Assembly (NCBI RefSeq): GCF_018977255.1
Contig: NW_024704743.1
Span: 100,194,001 to 100,258,000 of the forward strand
Length of the DNA stretch: 64,000 nucleotides
Source of the DNA: Callorhinchus milii
Lineage: Eukaryota
Direction: 5' to 3'
Shown here: positions 1 to 13,264 of the stretch, in pieces
How the letters are laid out: every line of letters begins with the position of its first letter
How positions within the stretch are numbered: position 1 is the stretch's first letter
Translations under genes and position numbers: made by a program
The notes under the pieces: generated by a model
What the model was told of the DNA's origin: nothing
Databases searched by the model: none
Seen by the model: the letters and a program-made list of their open reading frames with translations, nothing else

Positions 1-904
1 TCTCAAAGCACTTCACAAACTTTTCCGTAAATGTAATGACTATGTATTTTGTTGGTGAACAGAGCAGCCCAATTTGCACAAAACAATGTCCCCAAAACAA
101 CCAGGAGGTGAATAATTAATTTAACTGGAAGATTATTGGCCAGGACACCGGGAAAAACTCCCTTCTCTTTTCGAATATTCTCTTTTGTGTTATTTAATTT
201 TATCTGAACAGACAGACGGAACCTCATTTTAACGTCTAATCTGATGGATGGCACCTCCCCCATTGTTGCATTGTACTGAAGCATTGAATGTTGAATTCTC
301 TTCAAATTGAGTCCTGTAGCATATTGGTCATAATCCCTTCAAAAAAATAATAATCATAATTTGGTCATTCAATCCACGATTGTTTGTGACACTGCTGTGC
401 ATAATTGGCTGCCGCCTTTCACTCACAAAATACACAGTCAATTCAGTATATTTACAGTATATTCTGTGAAGTTCTTTGAGACTTCTCAATGACGTGATAA
501 GGTGCTATATCAAATGCAAGGATTATTATTACTGTCAGTCTAGACTTTGAGCCAACAGCAATTCCCAAAATGCAACTCTATCTTCCTCTTTTGGTTGACA
601 ATTGAGCTGTTGTTGATTTACAGGATACTTGTCTTTTTCCCCATTTTTCTTCCCATTTTAAAAAGACTTGTTATGGTAAAAAGATTTGTAGGTAATGGAT
701 CGGGATATGCCTCAAGCCAACCCTCTGGAATTCCACTGTGGCACCAATTCCCAGTTTTAATTCTGTGCAGCCAGATTATGGCCAAAGAAAACTCTTGGTG
801 TCTGGCAGGGGATTGATGTTGGAGTCTCAGAAGTTCATCTGAGACACATCCAGGTACCTGCACAATCTTCTATTTGTAACTCCTCTTATGAATCTTGCAG
901 GTAT

Positions 905-1330
905 CATTTGGTTTCACTCTCACCTCTGAGTCAGAAGGTTGTGGGTTCAAGCCCCACTTTGGCATGTTGAGCTCATAGTCTAGGCTGACCCTCCAATGTA
1001 GTATTATGGAAGGACTTCATTGTTAGAAGTGCCATCCTTCAGATGAAATATTAAACTGAGGTCCCATCTGCCTATTCAGATAGATGTTAAAAATCCCATG
1101 GAAAGTTTCAAGAAGAAAAGAGAGTTTCCCCCAGTGTCCTCATTACTTCATGACTGTGAGTAGATCATTGCTGTGAATTGGTTGCCACGCTTGCCTACTA
1201 ATATACAGTCACTATAGTAATCCTTGCATTGGAAATAGTTTTATTTCATTTGTATGAAACCCTGCATAGTGCTTTGAGATGTCTCTCAGAAGTAAAAGGC
1301 GCTTTATCAAGTGCAAGGATTTTTTTTATT
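905..1330 (+). mobile_element. Older SacSINE1/DeuSINE-like element. Similar copies at about 1-290(-), 8425-8840(-), 28712-29137(+), 30459-30760(-), 33125-33425(+), 36090-36480(-), 42266-42682(+), 47820-48050(+), 51810-52222(-) and 62715-63095(+).
   Basis: Head ctctcgcctctgagtcagaaggttgtgggttcaag, body gatgttaaa...cccatgg, and the same Deu-type core and 3' tail as the young family. Confidence 0.8.
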
Positions 1331-2408
1331 GTTATAACACAAATGTGGCACCATCTTTTTCATGTATTATTTTCTACCATCACACACTGCAATGAAGATA
1401 TATTTCCAGATCAAAATAATTAATCTATGCAAAGAAACCTTTGTACTATTGTAGGTTATAAAAACACACCATGTCACGTCTGGGCCTAGGTTTCAAATCT
1501 AGCTCAACAGATGGAATTAAAGTTATGGCGAAGGATCCTGAGCGAAATTAATCTGGAGCATTGACAGTCGAGGTCCTAATGGGCATCAAACTAAGGCACA
1601 AAGCCATCCTTGGATTTGTCATGTTTGGCAGCACCCACTCCTATTAAAGAGATTCTAATTGCAAAGTCACATTGGTGCTGCAAAGAGTGATCTCTTTTAC
1701 TTGGAATTAGACACATTTATTGTCAGGACAATGTAGGTGGAGCTGCTTTGTCTTTCATCTGATTGGTGTGATGCTGGCCTACCATACCACACCACGGAAT
1801 ACTTGCTTTCTGTGATTCCTGGATAAAAAGGATTAAATATTCAATTTAATGCAAACATACGCATGCAATGCGGCCTTTTCAGAAACGTTAAAAATAATTT
1901 CTTGTGTTAGACAGTTTACAACTTACAGTATTCTGTTTTCCACATTTTTTACACTGCAATTGTGATATTTACATATTGCTATTTGTAACGTGGCAACACA
2001 ATAATAGTTTGGATAAACTCTGAGAGCAGGAGGTACTCGTCGCGAGTTCAATGTGTTTAATAGAAAATAATTATTTGAAAAATGTACGATAACTAAAAAA
2101 AATTGAACTTCATGTAGCACCTTGTCATGTTGTCAAAACATCTCAAAGCCCTTCACAGGATTTCCTGTAAAATGCAGTCACTGTGTATTTGTAGGTGAAC
2201 ATGTCAGTGAATTTCATGGAAATGCTGCCAAACGTGACAAATCCAAGGATGGCTTTGTGCCTTAGTTTGATGCCCATTAGGATCTCGACTGTCAATGCTC
2301 CAGATTAATTGCAGTCAGACTCCTTAGCCATAACTTTCATTCCATCTGTTGAGCTAGATTTGAAACCTAGGCCCAGACGTGACATGGTGTGTTTTTATAA
2401 CCTACAAC

Positions 2409-2730
2409 AGTCCTGTAGCTCAGCAGTTAGAGCACTCGCTTCGCAAGCGAGAGACTTGGGTTCAATTCCGGGCAGGGTGAAATCTTGGGCAAGTTTCCTT
2501 ACTCCACACCCCTGATAATAATCCCTCAAGAAAAAATATAAATAAAATAATAATTGGGTCTCTCAATCCACGACTGTTTGTGGGACACTGCTGTGCGCAA
2601 TTGGCTTCCGTGTTTCGCCCACAAATATACAGTCAATTCACTTTATAGTATATTCTGTGAAGTGATTTGAGACGTCCAGAAGATGTGATAAGGTGCTATA
2701 TCAAATGCAAGGATTATTATTATTATTATT
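2409..2730 (+). mobile_element. Young tRNA(Ala-like)-headed Deu-domain SINE, short variant
   Basis: A box GTAGCTCAG, B box GGTTCAATTCC, core TGTGGGACACTGCTGTGCGCAATTGGC, and tail AAATGCAAGGA(TTA)n. Confidence 0.9.
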
Positions 2731-5700
2731 AATTTGCACATAGTAACTTCCACAAACAGCCATGAAGTGAATGGCTATACGATGTGGAGGATTGTTGGCA
2801 AGTGTTCTTTTCAAAAAATAATGTAAGCAAACTTTGATATCATGTCTCAATTATAATAATCCTTGCTTTTGATTTCAAGTTGGGAGGCCATCTCAAAGTG
2901 TTTGACAGGATTTGTGTAGGTGTAAGCAGCAGTCAGCTTATCCACAGTAATTTTCTGCAAACCTTCATTTGTCTTAGGAGATAACATTGAAAATCATGTG
3001 ATTAGTGCACACCCATGAAAAGTATTTTTTGATTGCTTAAAAACTTACTTTCTATTGCAAAATAAATTACAATCAATACAACAACTGGTACTTATATAAG
3101 TTCTTTCAGTTAGAAAAACATCTCAGAGTGATTTATAGAGATAGAGAAGGAGGGCGAATAGTAAATTAGATGGGAGGGTAGGGGTGGGAGGATGGTGGCA
3201 AAAAGCGCAATGAGATTTTTTTTAATGAATTTTCAAAGCAGTGAGGTACAGTATAAAGCAGAGAAATTTAGGGAGAGAGTTCCAAAGAGTAAGAGAAAGT
3301 GGCTGAATGCTCATCCACTGAAAATGGATGGAAGGGGCCAGGGGTATGGCAGAGTGGAAGGATTGAGCGACAGAGGAGGACAGCAGCAGATGACAATAAT
3401 AAATTACATTTATATAACGCCTTTCACGTCAGAAGGATGTTCCAATCACAGAAGTAGGGTGGGGTAAGGCCATAAACGTGTGTAAAGGTCAGATTGAGGA
3501 TTTTAAAGTCACTAGGAATCAGTAACACAACCATGAAATGCCTGTTTATTTTTTTTAATTTTTAACACAAACTGGGTCTGCAAATATTTTCTAATGATCT
3601 GAATATCTACTCTACTTTCACTCATCAGCTTATACCTTTGTACATATTGTTGTCTACAGAATTGCTTAAGAATATCATGTGGGGATTATTGTAGCTGGGA
3701 GTACATCACACTGACTTCTGGGAACTCGGAGATGCTGTGGCTCAGTACCCTGAACTGGCATTTTCACTCCACAGCTCTTTGTGGGACATTACTGTACGCA
3801 AAATTGGCTGTCATGTTTGCTCACAAAATACCCACAGTCACTCCACTTTACAGTATATTCTGTGAAATGCTTTGAGACATCCTCCTAATTGAATGAAACT
3901 ATACCAAATGCAAGGATTATTATTATTATTTCTTTATTAAGGAATCCCATTTGAAGGTTGGGCACAGTAGATCTTATAATGTACTTCAGTTACTATACCG
4001 TTCCAAAATCCGCTTATAGCCCAAAATCTCTGCCCCAAAGGCTTGTATCTTTGGCAAAATGCAAATAGCTGTTGCAAAGCCAATTTGTCCACCATAGTAC
4101 ATCATTGGTGCTCTACAGTCAGTGTTAGAATAGTAGGAGGGAATGGTGAAGTAAGGTTTAAGTAAAGAAAAACTGCAAACAATCTGACCTGGAGACCAAG
4201 CAGCAGCTAAACATATCACTCACATCTGACTGGATCAAAGAGCATGTAGACTGCAGATTGGATTTGTTGGAGTTTCAGCAGTTGTCACATATTAATCAGA
4301 AGAAGGTAAAAAGAACAGGAGAACTATATAATCAGTCTTTCAGTCTGCCATCTCTACAGTTAACAGAAGTATTGACAGGTTGATTAATGCCTTTGCTCAA
4401 TGTCTATTTTATACATTTACACTGCTTCATTCTCCACCTGTTCAGCTGAATCCACATGGCAGCAAAAACAATTCCAGAGCATCCAACGAATGTGTCAGCC
4501 TTGAACCGCAGTCTGGGGGGATGCAGAGACCCCTGCTGTTCACACCTTTTATTTATAACCTTGACAAAGCTACTGCCTGTCTAAACCTGGGGATGACTAA
4601 TAGTTAACTGAGAAAAAGAGATGGTCTGAGAAGGGTATGTTCAGAAAGAAATGTGCTTATTTTAGGAACTGGAATTGAAATTTAATGTTAAGAAATGTAA
4701 GGTTTTGCATAGAACACTCCAGCGCCTTGGGACAGCCTCCTGGTGTCAAAGGCACTATACAAATGTAATCTGTTGTTTTGTTGTCGTTTAGCACTTAAGC
4801 ATTAATCTTTATTGATATATGCAAGGGTTTCAGCCTGACTCAGTTGATAGTCCTCAGGCCTCTGACTTTGAGACTTCAAATAGTTTAGGCAGAGAACCAG
4901 GAGAGCCAACATTCTGAATCAGAGGCTGGAGTGATACAAATTGTGCTACTGATAAAGGCAAGTGTCAGAAACACATAACCGTGCATAAGAGTATCCAAAC
5001 CAAACTGAGAATTCCATGCAGTTTGGTTTGGATACTCTTTAGCATTCCTCTTAACTCTTAAGGTTTCCGCATGTGACAGACACCGGCCGACCAAAAAGAA
5101 ATAAACTAGATATCAGCCGTCACATTTATCTTCATAACATATCACTAAACTTTAAAATAAACTCATCTGTGAAACACTTGAGTTGTTGTGATTTAATAAG
5201 GCACTATATCAAATACAAGCATAATTATTTAAGTAACTTAGAATCCAATCTACTGTAGTCTTAGTGTCTGTATCACAACATAAGAAAACAAGAAATGCCA
5301 GACCGAAAAAAGACCAAGGTCCATCTAGTTTGCCTTCCAACTTCCTGGCAATGGCATGCACATAGGTCCCAAACTACCTATGTACTATATCCCATAATGT
5401 TATTTCGTTAAAGAAAAATATCTAATCTGTGTTTGAAAGAATCAACACTTCCTGCTTCAACCGTCTCCCAAGGGAGCCTGTTCCACAGGTTCACTATTCG
5501 CTCACTGAAATAGTGTTTGCGTAAACCTAATAAATACCCATGTGCAGTTAACAGCAATTTATATTTATACAGCACCTTTCATGGCAGAGAATATCTCAAA
5601 GCACCTTACGCAGTTGCCTGGCTGTCTGGGTATATGAACTGGGAGAGCTGAGGAGGGGAGGGGAAGTGTGGCTGAAAGCATGATCAAAGAGATAGAAAGA

Positions 5701-8700
5701 GAGGGAGGGGGATCGTAGAGTGGGCTCATGCGATTTAATGAGGGCAGTATAGCTGAAGGCTCAGCCACCCATGGTGGGGTGAAATGACGGGAAGCGGGCA
5801 ATGCTTGCTGTGAGCAGTGAGAGTAGCCAGGGCAGTACAGTTACAGGGGTAGGGTGGGGCAAGGTTATTTGATTATAAGGGTGAGAATCTTGAAGTCGAT
5901 ACAATGGGGAGGGGCGGAGGTCAGTGTAACTGAGAAAATCTGCTTGAATTTGGACCTGAGAAAGTCCATCATTTCCTTGCATTAGGAATTGAAGGTGAGG
6001 GTGTTGGGAACGTGGGAGGAATTGAGGGTGAAGAGGTTGTCTTGGCCTTCAGGATGATTCTGGAGTAGAATATGGATTTAGCCAAAGTAAGGACACAAGA
6101 GTATACTTTGGTGAAAGACACTATTGTCCAGCCAGATCTGGCAATGGACAATAGCGCCTTGTTTAAGCCATGTGTGTTCAGCAGCATGGGCCTTAGACTT
6201 CAGGGAGCAGAGTTGGTTGTTGTACCAGGATGCTGGGACTGGTTAAAGAAGGTAGCTATAGGTCCATTCAAAGAGGTAGGATTTCAGGCAGGACAAAAAC
6301 AAATAGGGGGGTGGGGGAGAGGTGAAGTGGTTAGAGGTAGGAAGTTCCAAAGGTTAGGGGCATAGGATCTGAAGTCCCAGTGGTGAATAGGGCAGGGGTT
6401 TTGAGAGCAAATTAGCTAAATGGAGAGGTCAAGCAGAGAATTAGGGTAAAAGATGGAAAAGATAAGGAGGTTACATGGAGTGAATGGATTTGTAGATGAG
6501 GACCTTGAAATTGTTTCACTGGCAGACAGGGACAGTGGAGACCAGTGTAGACTTGAATGATGAGCCCATAAAATTTGGTGGAGGTGAGTATTTAGGCAGC
6601 AGAATGTTGGATGAGTTGCAGCTTGTGAATGGCAGAGTTAGGGAGACCAGCAAGAAGTGTGATGGGAAAGTCTAAGTGGGATGTGACAAAGGTGTGAATG
6701 AGTATCTCAATGGCAATGAGTGGTAATCTGCAGAGAACGTGTACAAAATAAATCACCTTTTTAAAAAAATATATTTGTTTTTCACTTTCCAAATACAAGA
6801 GAAAAAGCATTCAAAACAGAGGCTCAGTTCTGAGAGTGAAATCTTACAAAGTTGGGAGCTAATAGCAACAATATTTAGGAGTATATCAAAAAATCAATAT
6901 CAAAAGCCAGCCAATGCTAATAAACACATACATTACTTGAATTTAACAAAATGGACATGGAATAGACAGACTGCAACAAATATTTGTTTTCACAAACTGG
7001 CCTGTAATCTAAAAATCAATAGCTGCCTTAAAGCAGGTTGCAAGGTTAATAGCAAATTCCATAGCCCAGATTTTGGTGCAATATGAATCTCTCAAGTATT
7101 TGATAATTAAAGGACAATAAAAATAAATGCACTTTACCCCCATAAACACTTTACAGTAACCAACCACATGATCATCAACTTAATTTTTTAACATCAAAAT
7201 ACTTTAAATAAACCCTGACTCATCTCTGCTGATTTCAATTACCATTAAATAGAACACAAAAAAAATCCTATCAGGCACATATATTGAATTGTTGAAAACA
7301 ACAACAGAAGTTCCATAGAACCATACACGGCAATAATTAGGATTAATGAAACATAAGTGACTGGTGGTATATTTCACAACCACAGCTTCCTTAATCAATC
7401 TTATAATGAGGCTAACACAAACCAAGATCGCCACTCCTCATAGGTTTTTAATGAGATCTTGTCCCACAGTCCGTTGCAACGTGTAATGCAGTGTTTATAT
7501 TCCAGGGGAGTGAAGGAGCCATTTCAAACACAAGCTGTTTTGGAGTACTGAGACACCAAGTATTGTGACTATGTTATGTTTACATTGGGGGACAAAATCC
7601 ACAGCATAGGCAACATCATGGAAATAAAACCTTTTTTTGGTCTACAAAACATATTCAGAGAAATGTGCTTCTGTTTGCATATTAAAGGCTAAAAACTCTG
7701 GAATGATTTTCTTCCAATTATCTCCCTATCTCCTGAAGGTGAGGAGTAATACTGGGCACAATTACACAGACAACGCCCACCTTCCGGTATTTGCCACGGT
7801 TCACAAACAAGGAGTCTCAGCTAGCTTTTAAAAAACATTCCAGCATTCCAAACTAATAACTCGTACCACTGATAGAGTACTTGTAACACATAACATAACT
7901 CAAAGTGCTTTACAGCAAATTAATGTTAAATGTTTATTTGTGGGTACATGCTACAGCCAATTCACACACACATCTATTAATTATTAATTGACGCATTACC
8001 AATTAATCTGGAAGATTGTTGGCCAGAACACTAGAAAAAAATACTCCCTTTATTTTTTTAGTATCATTGGAACATCTTCCTGAGAAATTCGATGGTGATT
8101 TTGATTTAGTGCCTCAGCTAAAAGATGGTACTTTCAACACTGCAGGACTCTCCACTACTGCAGTCTAAATCTAAGCTATAAACTCAAGGAGCCTGTCCCC
8201 ATAACTTTTAGACCCAGAGGTCTGAGTGTTGCCAATCAATGATAGAAATTTGCGGCACAGAAAAAAGTCATTCAGCCCACCACATATTAAAGGAGGAACC
8301 TATTCAATCCCTTTTCGCCATACCACTCAAAAATTCCCCTTTTTATCTGTCTGTCTATCTAATTCCTCAGAGCCAAACCACCACCTATATGTAGGTTGAT
8401 CGGAGGGGAAATGGTTCTTTAACATAATAGTAATAATTCTAATATTCGGAAGAGCTCCTTTCATGTCAGGAGATGTCCCAAAGTGCTTTACATGATATAC
8501 TGTAAAGTGTAGTGACTGTGTGCTTTGTGAGCGAATGTGGGAGCCGATGTAGAAACAGCAGTGTCCCACAAACAGCCATGAAGTGACTGCCCAACATTAT
8601 TTGGGGGATTGTTGGACCAGGACACCAATAGAAACTCCCTTCTCTGTTTGAATAGTGACATGGGATCTTTGACATCCACTTGAATAAGCAGACTGGATTT

Positions 8701-8844
8701 TGGTTCAACGCCTCATCTGAAGGCTGGCCCTCCAACAATGCCGCACATCCCAGCACTGCATTGTCAGACGAGAGTCTAGACTACGTGAGTTCAAAGTCCT
8801 AATGTAGGGTTTAAACCAGCGACAAGAGAGCTAAACACAACAAA

Positions 8845-10350
8845 AAGTACCAATTTGAAAACAGATTTGTAATTAGAATGAGGAATGAACTATGCAATGC
8901 AAACAGGGGGGAAACATTGGCAAATAAAGATATTGCACAATAAAAGAAGGCATTTAAACTCAAGATAGAGACAGTATAGGAGAAGTTTATTCCATTGAGG
9001 AATAAAGGAAAATGATATGGATAATTAAGGAGGTGAGGATAAAAGTAATGAATGAATAAGAAGATGAAGCTAAGGAATAAAATATGTGACAATTGTGAAA
9101 AGGATAAGACAAGGAACAAAAGTGAATACTTATACTTAGTAAAGAGGTTAAAAAGACAATTAGGATAGTAAAGAGGAATTATGAAGAGAAAATGTCCGGA
9201 AACACAAAAATAAATAGTAGTGCTCCCAAGACACATTGGTAATACAATAACAGCTAAGGTAGGCATCAGACTGCTAAGGGGAGATGCTCACAACAACAAC
9301 AAAATTATATTTGTACAGTGCCTTTCACGTTAGGAGGACGTCCCAAGGCGCTGGACAGTGTACAGCATTTCGGACCTGAGCTGGGGTCACGGGAGAGAAG
9401 GGAGGGGAGGAGAAGGGGGATGACTGATGGCATGGTCGAAGAGGAGGGTCTTGAGGCGGGACTTGAAGGAGCGAGACTTATCACAGCAGATAAAGAAATG
9501 GTTGGATATCAAATTAATAATTTGCCTCTGTTTTCACAAAGCAGATTGACAAAGAAAATACGAGAATAACAGATGATCTAGTCTAGGCAATAAAACCAGA
9601 ACAATTAAGAAAGGAACAAATGCAATACTAGATAAAATTAGGCAAAGTTAAACAGAAGGAGTAGGTCCAGATGAACTGGACCCAGGGATCCTTAAAGAAA
9701 CTAGGGAGACGATAGCTTAGACATTAGTATATATATATTTAGAACTCAATACATTGAGGAATTATGCCAGAGAAGAACTGGAGGATGGCAAATGTGACAC
9801 CTTTTTTGAAAAAGGAGATAGAGCTAATCTAGAAATTACAGGTCAGCTACCTTCATATATGTGGTGGGCAAAGCATTCTAAAAATGTTTGAAATTACTAA
9901 ACATCTTGAGGATGATTAAAAGCAGAGGGCTTGGATTTATGAAACGAAGATAATGCTTGACCAACCATATAATAATAATATATAATAATCCTTGCATTTG
10001 ATATAGCGCTTTTCACGTCGGGAGGACGTCCCAAAGCGCTTCACAGAATATACTGTAAAGTGAATTGACTGTATATTTGTGGGCGAAACGCGGCAGCCAA
10101 TTGCGCACAGCAATGTCCCACAAACAGTCATGGATTGAAAATGACCAATTTATTATTGTTTTTTTTTGGTTTTGGAGGGATTATTATTAGGCGTGTGGAG
10201 TAAGGAAACTTGCCCAAGGTTTCGTCCTGCCTGGAATTGAACTCAGGTCTCTCGCTTGCAAAGCGAGTGCTCTAACCACTGAGCTACAGGACTCCACATA
10301 TCAATTTCTTTTAAACTAACAGAGAAAGAATGTGATGTATATGGATTGTT
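8845..10350 (+). mobile_element. Highly degenerate CR1-clade LINE ORF2 remnant, interrupted by an L2 tail (9293-9475) and a SINE (9968-10296)
   Basis: Residual GPDEL.P.ILKE, WRMANVTP.F.KG, VVGK and GFMK...CLTN motifs with frameshifts. Confidence 0.7.
9968..10296 (-). mobile_element. Young tRNA-headed SINE, full length
   Basis: Reverse complement of the family seen at 2409-2730. CATAT occurs at both ends (possible TSD). Confidence 0.9.
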
Positions 10351-10351
10351 G

Positions 10352-11008
10352 TATCCGCACTAGGCTCCATGACCTCATCACCCCCACCCTCGCCCTGCTC
10401 CACTGGCTCCACAGCCCTCAGAGGATTGAGTTCAAAATTCTCGTCTTCACCTTCATGGCCCTCCATGGCCCTCCATGGCCTCGACTATGCAACGCTCTGC
10501 TTGTCGGCCTTCCCAACTCCTTCCTCCATAGACTGCAGATAATCCAGAACTCTGCAGCCCGTGTCCTCTCCCGCATCAAACTCCATGACCCCATCTCCCC
10601 CATTCTTGCCCGAATCAATTGGCTCCCTATCCTTCAGAGGATCCAGTTCAAAATCCTGGCCCTCACCTACAAAGCCCTCCATGGTCTCGCCCCACCCTAC
10701 CTCTGTGACCTCTTAACCCCCTATCAACCCGCCCGCTCCCTCTGCTCAGCCGGCTCTGGCCTGCTCCACGTCCCCTGACCCACCCATCCCACCATTGGCA
10801 GGAGAGCCTTCAGCCACTCTTCCCCAACCTCTGGAACTCCATCCCCCATTCACTCCGCCTCGCCCCTCCTTAGCCTCCTTCAAGTCCCGCCTCAAAGCCC
10901 TCTTCTTCGACCATGCCATCAGCCACCCCCCCTTTCCCTCCCCTCCCTTCTCCCCCCTGACCCAACTCGGGTCTGAAGCGCTCTACAAATGTAATCTTGT
11001 TGTTGTTG
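10352..11008 (+). mobile_element. L2 3' fragments (two overlapping pieces)
   Basis: [24 protein letters not shown], and the tail aaatgtaatcttgttgttgttg. Confidence 0.9.
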
Positions 11009-11274
11009 CCCCCTCCTACCTCTCTGACCTGCTAACCCCTTATCAACCTGTCTGCTCCCTCTGCTCAACAGGCTCTGGCCTGCTCCATGTCCCTCGCCTG
11101 GCACGCCTCACCATCGGCAGTCGGACCTTCAGCCTCTCTGGCCCCACCCTCTGGAACTCTATCCCACATTCCCTCCGCCTCGCTCCCTCGCTTGCCTCCT
11201 TCAAGGCATGCCTCAAGACCCTCCTCTTCGACCGTGTCTTTGGCCACCCTCCTACCCCACCCTCCCCACCCTCC
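11009..11274 (+). mobile_element. L2 3' fragment lacking its terminal ~110 nt, which lie at 13265-13376 on the minus strand
   Basis: APSYLSDLL...PTLWNSIP...FKACLKTLLF, stopping in the C-rich 3' UTR. Confidence 0.85.
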
Positions 11275-11639
11275 ACACTCCTTCTGGCAGAACGAGGGGG
11301 ACAGTGAGGGCCTGCCTCAGGATCGTGCACACTAGGATCAGGCACTATATACGGAGGCACAAGCTGAGGTTCAGCTCAACCGTGGCAAAGGCCAGATGGG
11401 GCCTAACCCCAGCAGGAGCCGCTCCTTCGCAACCCTCTCAGGGCGCATCCACAAGCACACCCAAAACCATGACTAAAGTAAACATGAGAATAATCCTATA
11501 AATGTACAGAAGGACGCTCAAGATGTAAACAAAGAGCGTTCCGAAAATGTATGCATGGTAAACACATGCGCGTACGGTGCACATCCGAGCGCCTTCCGAA
11601 AACAGCAAGTGCGCACATGAATGTAGTGCGCACAGGGGC
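11275..11639 (+). mobile_element. Tx1/L1-clade non-LTR retrotransposon 3' fragment (end of ORF2 plus start of 3' UTR)
   Basis: The translation TVRACLRIVHTRIRHYIRRHKLRFSSTVAKARWG resembles the C.R.AH....Y..R..L......A.WG C-terminus I recall for fish Tx1 ORF2 (from memory, not searched). Confidence 0.6.
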
Positions 11640-11656
11640 GCACTACATTCATGTGC

Positions 11657-12290
11657 CACCACCACCCCCCCCACACACCCCCACCCCCAACCAACCCACC
11701 ACCCACCCCACACCCCCAACCAACCCCCGCCCCCCCCCACACCCCCAGCCAACCCCCCACACCCCCAGCCAACCCCCACACCCCCAGCCAACCCCCCACA
11801 CCCCCAGCCAACCCACAACACCCCCAGCCAACCCCCCACACCCCCAGCCAATCCTCCACCGCCTCCCCAGCCAATCCCCCACCGCCTCCCCAGACCAACA
11901 GCTTCACCCTCAACACATACCTCCAACCCCCACCACACACCCCCAACTCCCCCCCCACAACAACAACAACAAGATTCCATTTATAAAGCGCCTTTCACGT
12001 CAGGAGGACGTCCCAAGGCGCTGCACAGTTGGGTCACACCCGCCCAACCCCCACACCACCCCCCACACACACGCCCCAGCACAGTGCTACTCCCCCCACA
12101 CACGCTCCAGCACAATGCTACTCCCCCCACACACGCCCCAGCACAGTGCTACTCCCCCCACACACTTCACCCTAGTGATACACCCCCAGCGTTACTCCCC
12201 CCACACACACCCCTGCCTAGTGCTACTTCCCCTCCCACCTGCAAACACATCCAAGCCCAGTGCTACTTCCACCCTCCCCACACACACTGC
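11657..12290. repeat. C/CA-rich low-complexity tract (CCCCCAGCCAACCCCCCACA units, then CAGTGCTACTCCCCC units) containing a short L2 tail at about 11958-12040
   Basis: Composition is the reverse complement of the 13609-15088 tract. Confidence 0.9.
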
Positions 12291-13264
12291 AGCACAGTTT
12301 AAACTCTCTCCTCAACCCCGTCAGCACAGTGCAACAACTCCTTCCCACCATCCGCTGGCTCCGGCCTCCTGTTTGTCCCTCATTCCCTCCACTTCATTGG
12401 TGGCCGTGCCTTCAGCCACTACGCCCCTGGAACTCTCTCTCAATCCCTCTGCCTTGCCCCCTCCCCACTTTCAAATCCCACCTAAAGACCTTTTTGATCG
12501 TGCTTGCAGTCATCTCTCATTCCCTCGGCGTCAGACTCCGCCACTGCCAAGTGCTCCAGGACGCTACCCTTCGTGAATGGCGCTATAGTTGCTGTCATTT
12601 CCCTCTCCTACCCCCTCACCAGCACAGTGCAACCACTCATTCTCTGCTCTCCCCCCCCACTACTTTGCCCCCACCAACACAGTGCTGCTTAAATGAGATC
12701 AAGCACTTTTCTGCTGAGGATCCACACCAAGAAAGACATGCCTATTATATTTGTTCTAGTATTCCTCCTCTCCCGCAGCTGCTGGCCCACACAGTATAGC
12801 TGTCTGGGATGTGCTTGCTTTCTGTTAACTTGCTCAATGCCATTATTTAAAGAAAACAAAATATGTGAACCTAGTCAGTGTGTGTGGGCGGCTGGTAAAG
12901 AAGAGGAAGTTGAGTTGACGTCATCTGACATCCTCACAAATGCACTTAATAATATTATATCGAATGTACAAAACCAAAAAGGCTATTCTGCTCAATTTGC
13001 CTGTTTTTGTCACATATATCTTCCTCATGCAGGCATTGAATTTTCTCTTCAATGCATTGATGCTTTCAGCAACCACAATTTCTGACGAAACTTCTCTTCA
13101 AATGTGCTTATGCCATTTTCCCTTTCCCATTCAAAATTGCCTACCATGTTCAACTAGAAATACAGTTACTACACTTCACAGTAGATTCTATGAAGGGCGT
13201 TGAGATATCTTGACAATGTAATAAAGTGCTACATGAAATGCAAAAAGTATTATAAAATGCAAGT

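Noticed and set aside
2409..2480. tRNA-Ala gene (also at 10225-10296, 23505, 29825-29896, 42777 and 46109)
   Set aside because: The anticodon loop varies between copies, the acceptor stem is not intact, and each continues into the SINE body and tail.
3986..4110. Possible minus-strand exon APMMYYGGQIGFATAICILPKIQAFGAEILGYKRILER
   Set aside because: It looks protein-like and has a possible acceptor, but I recognise no homology and see no partner exons. A BLASTX or RNA-seq check would settle it.
1..11000. Exons of an upstream MYOM-family gene expected from human synteny
   Set aside because: No recognisable myomesin coding sequence. The E-boxes (4435-4459) and one MEF2-like match (4549-4558) are too weak on their own.
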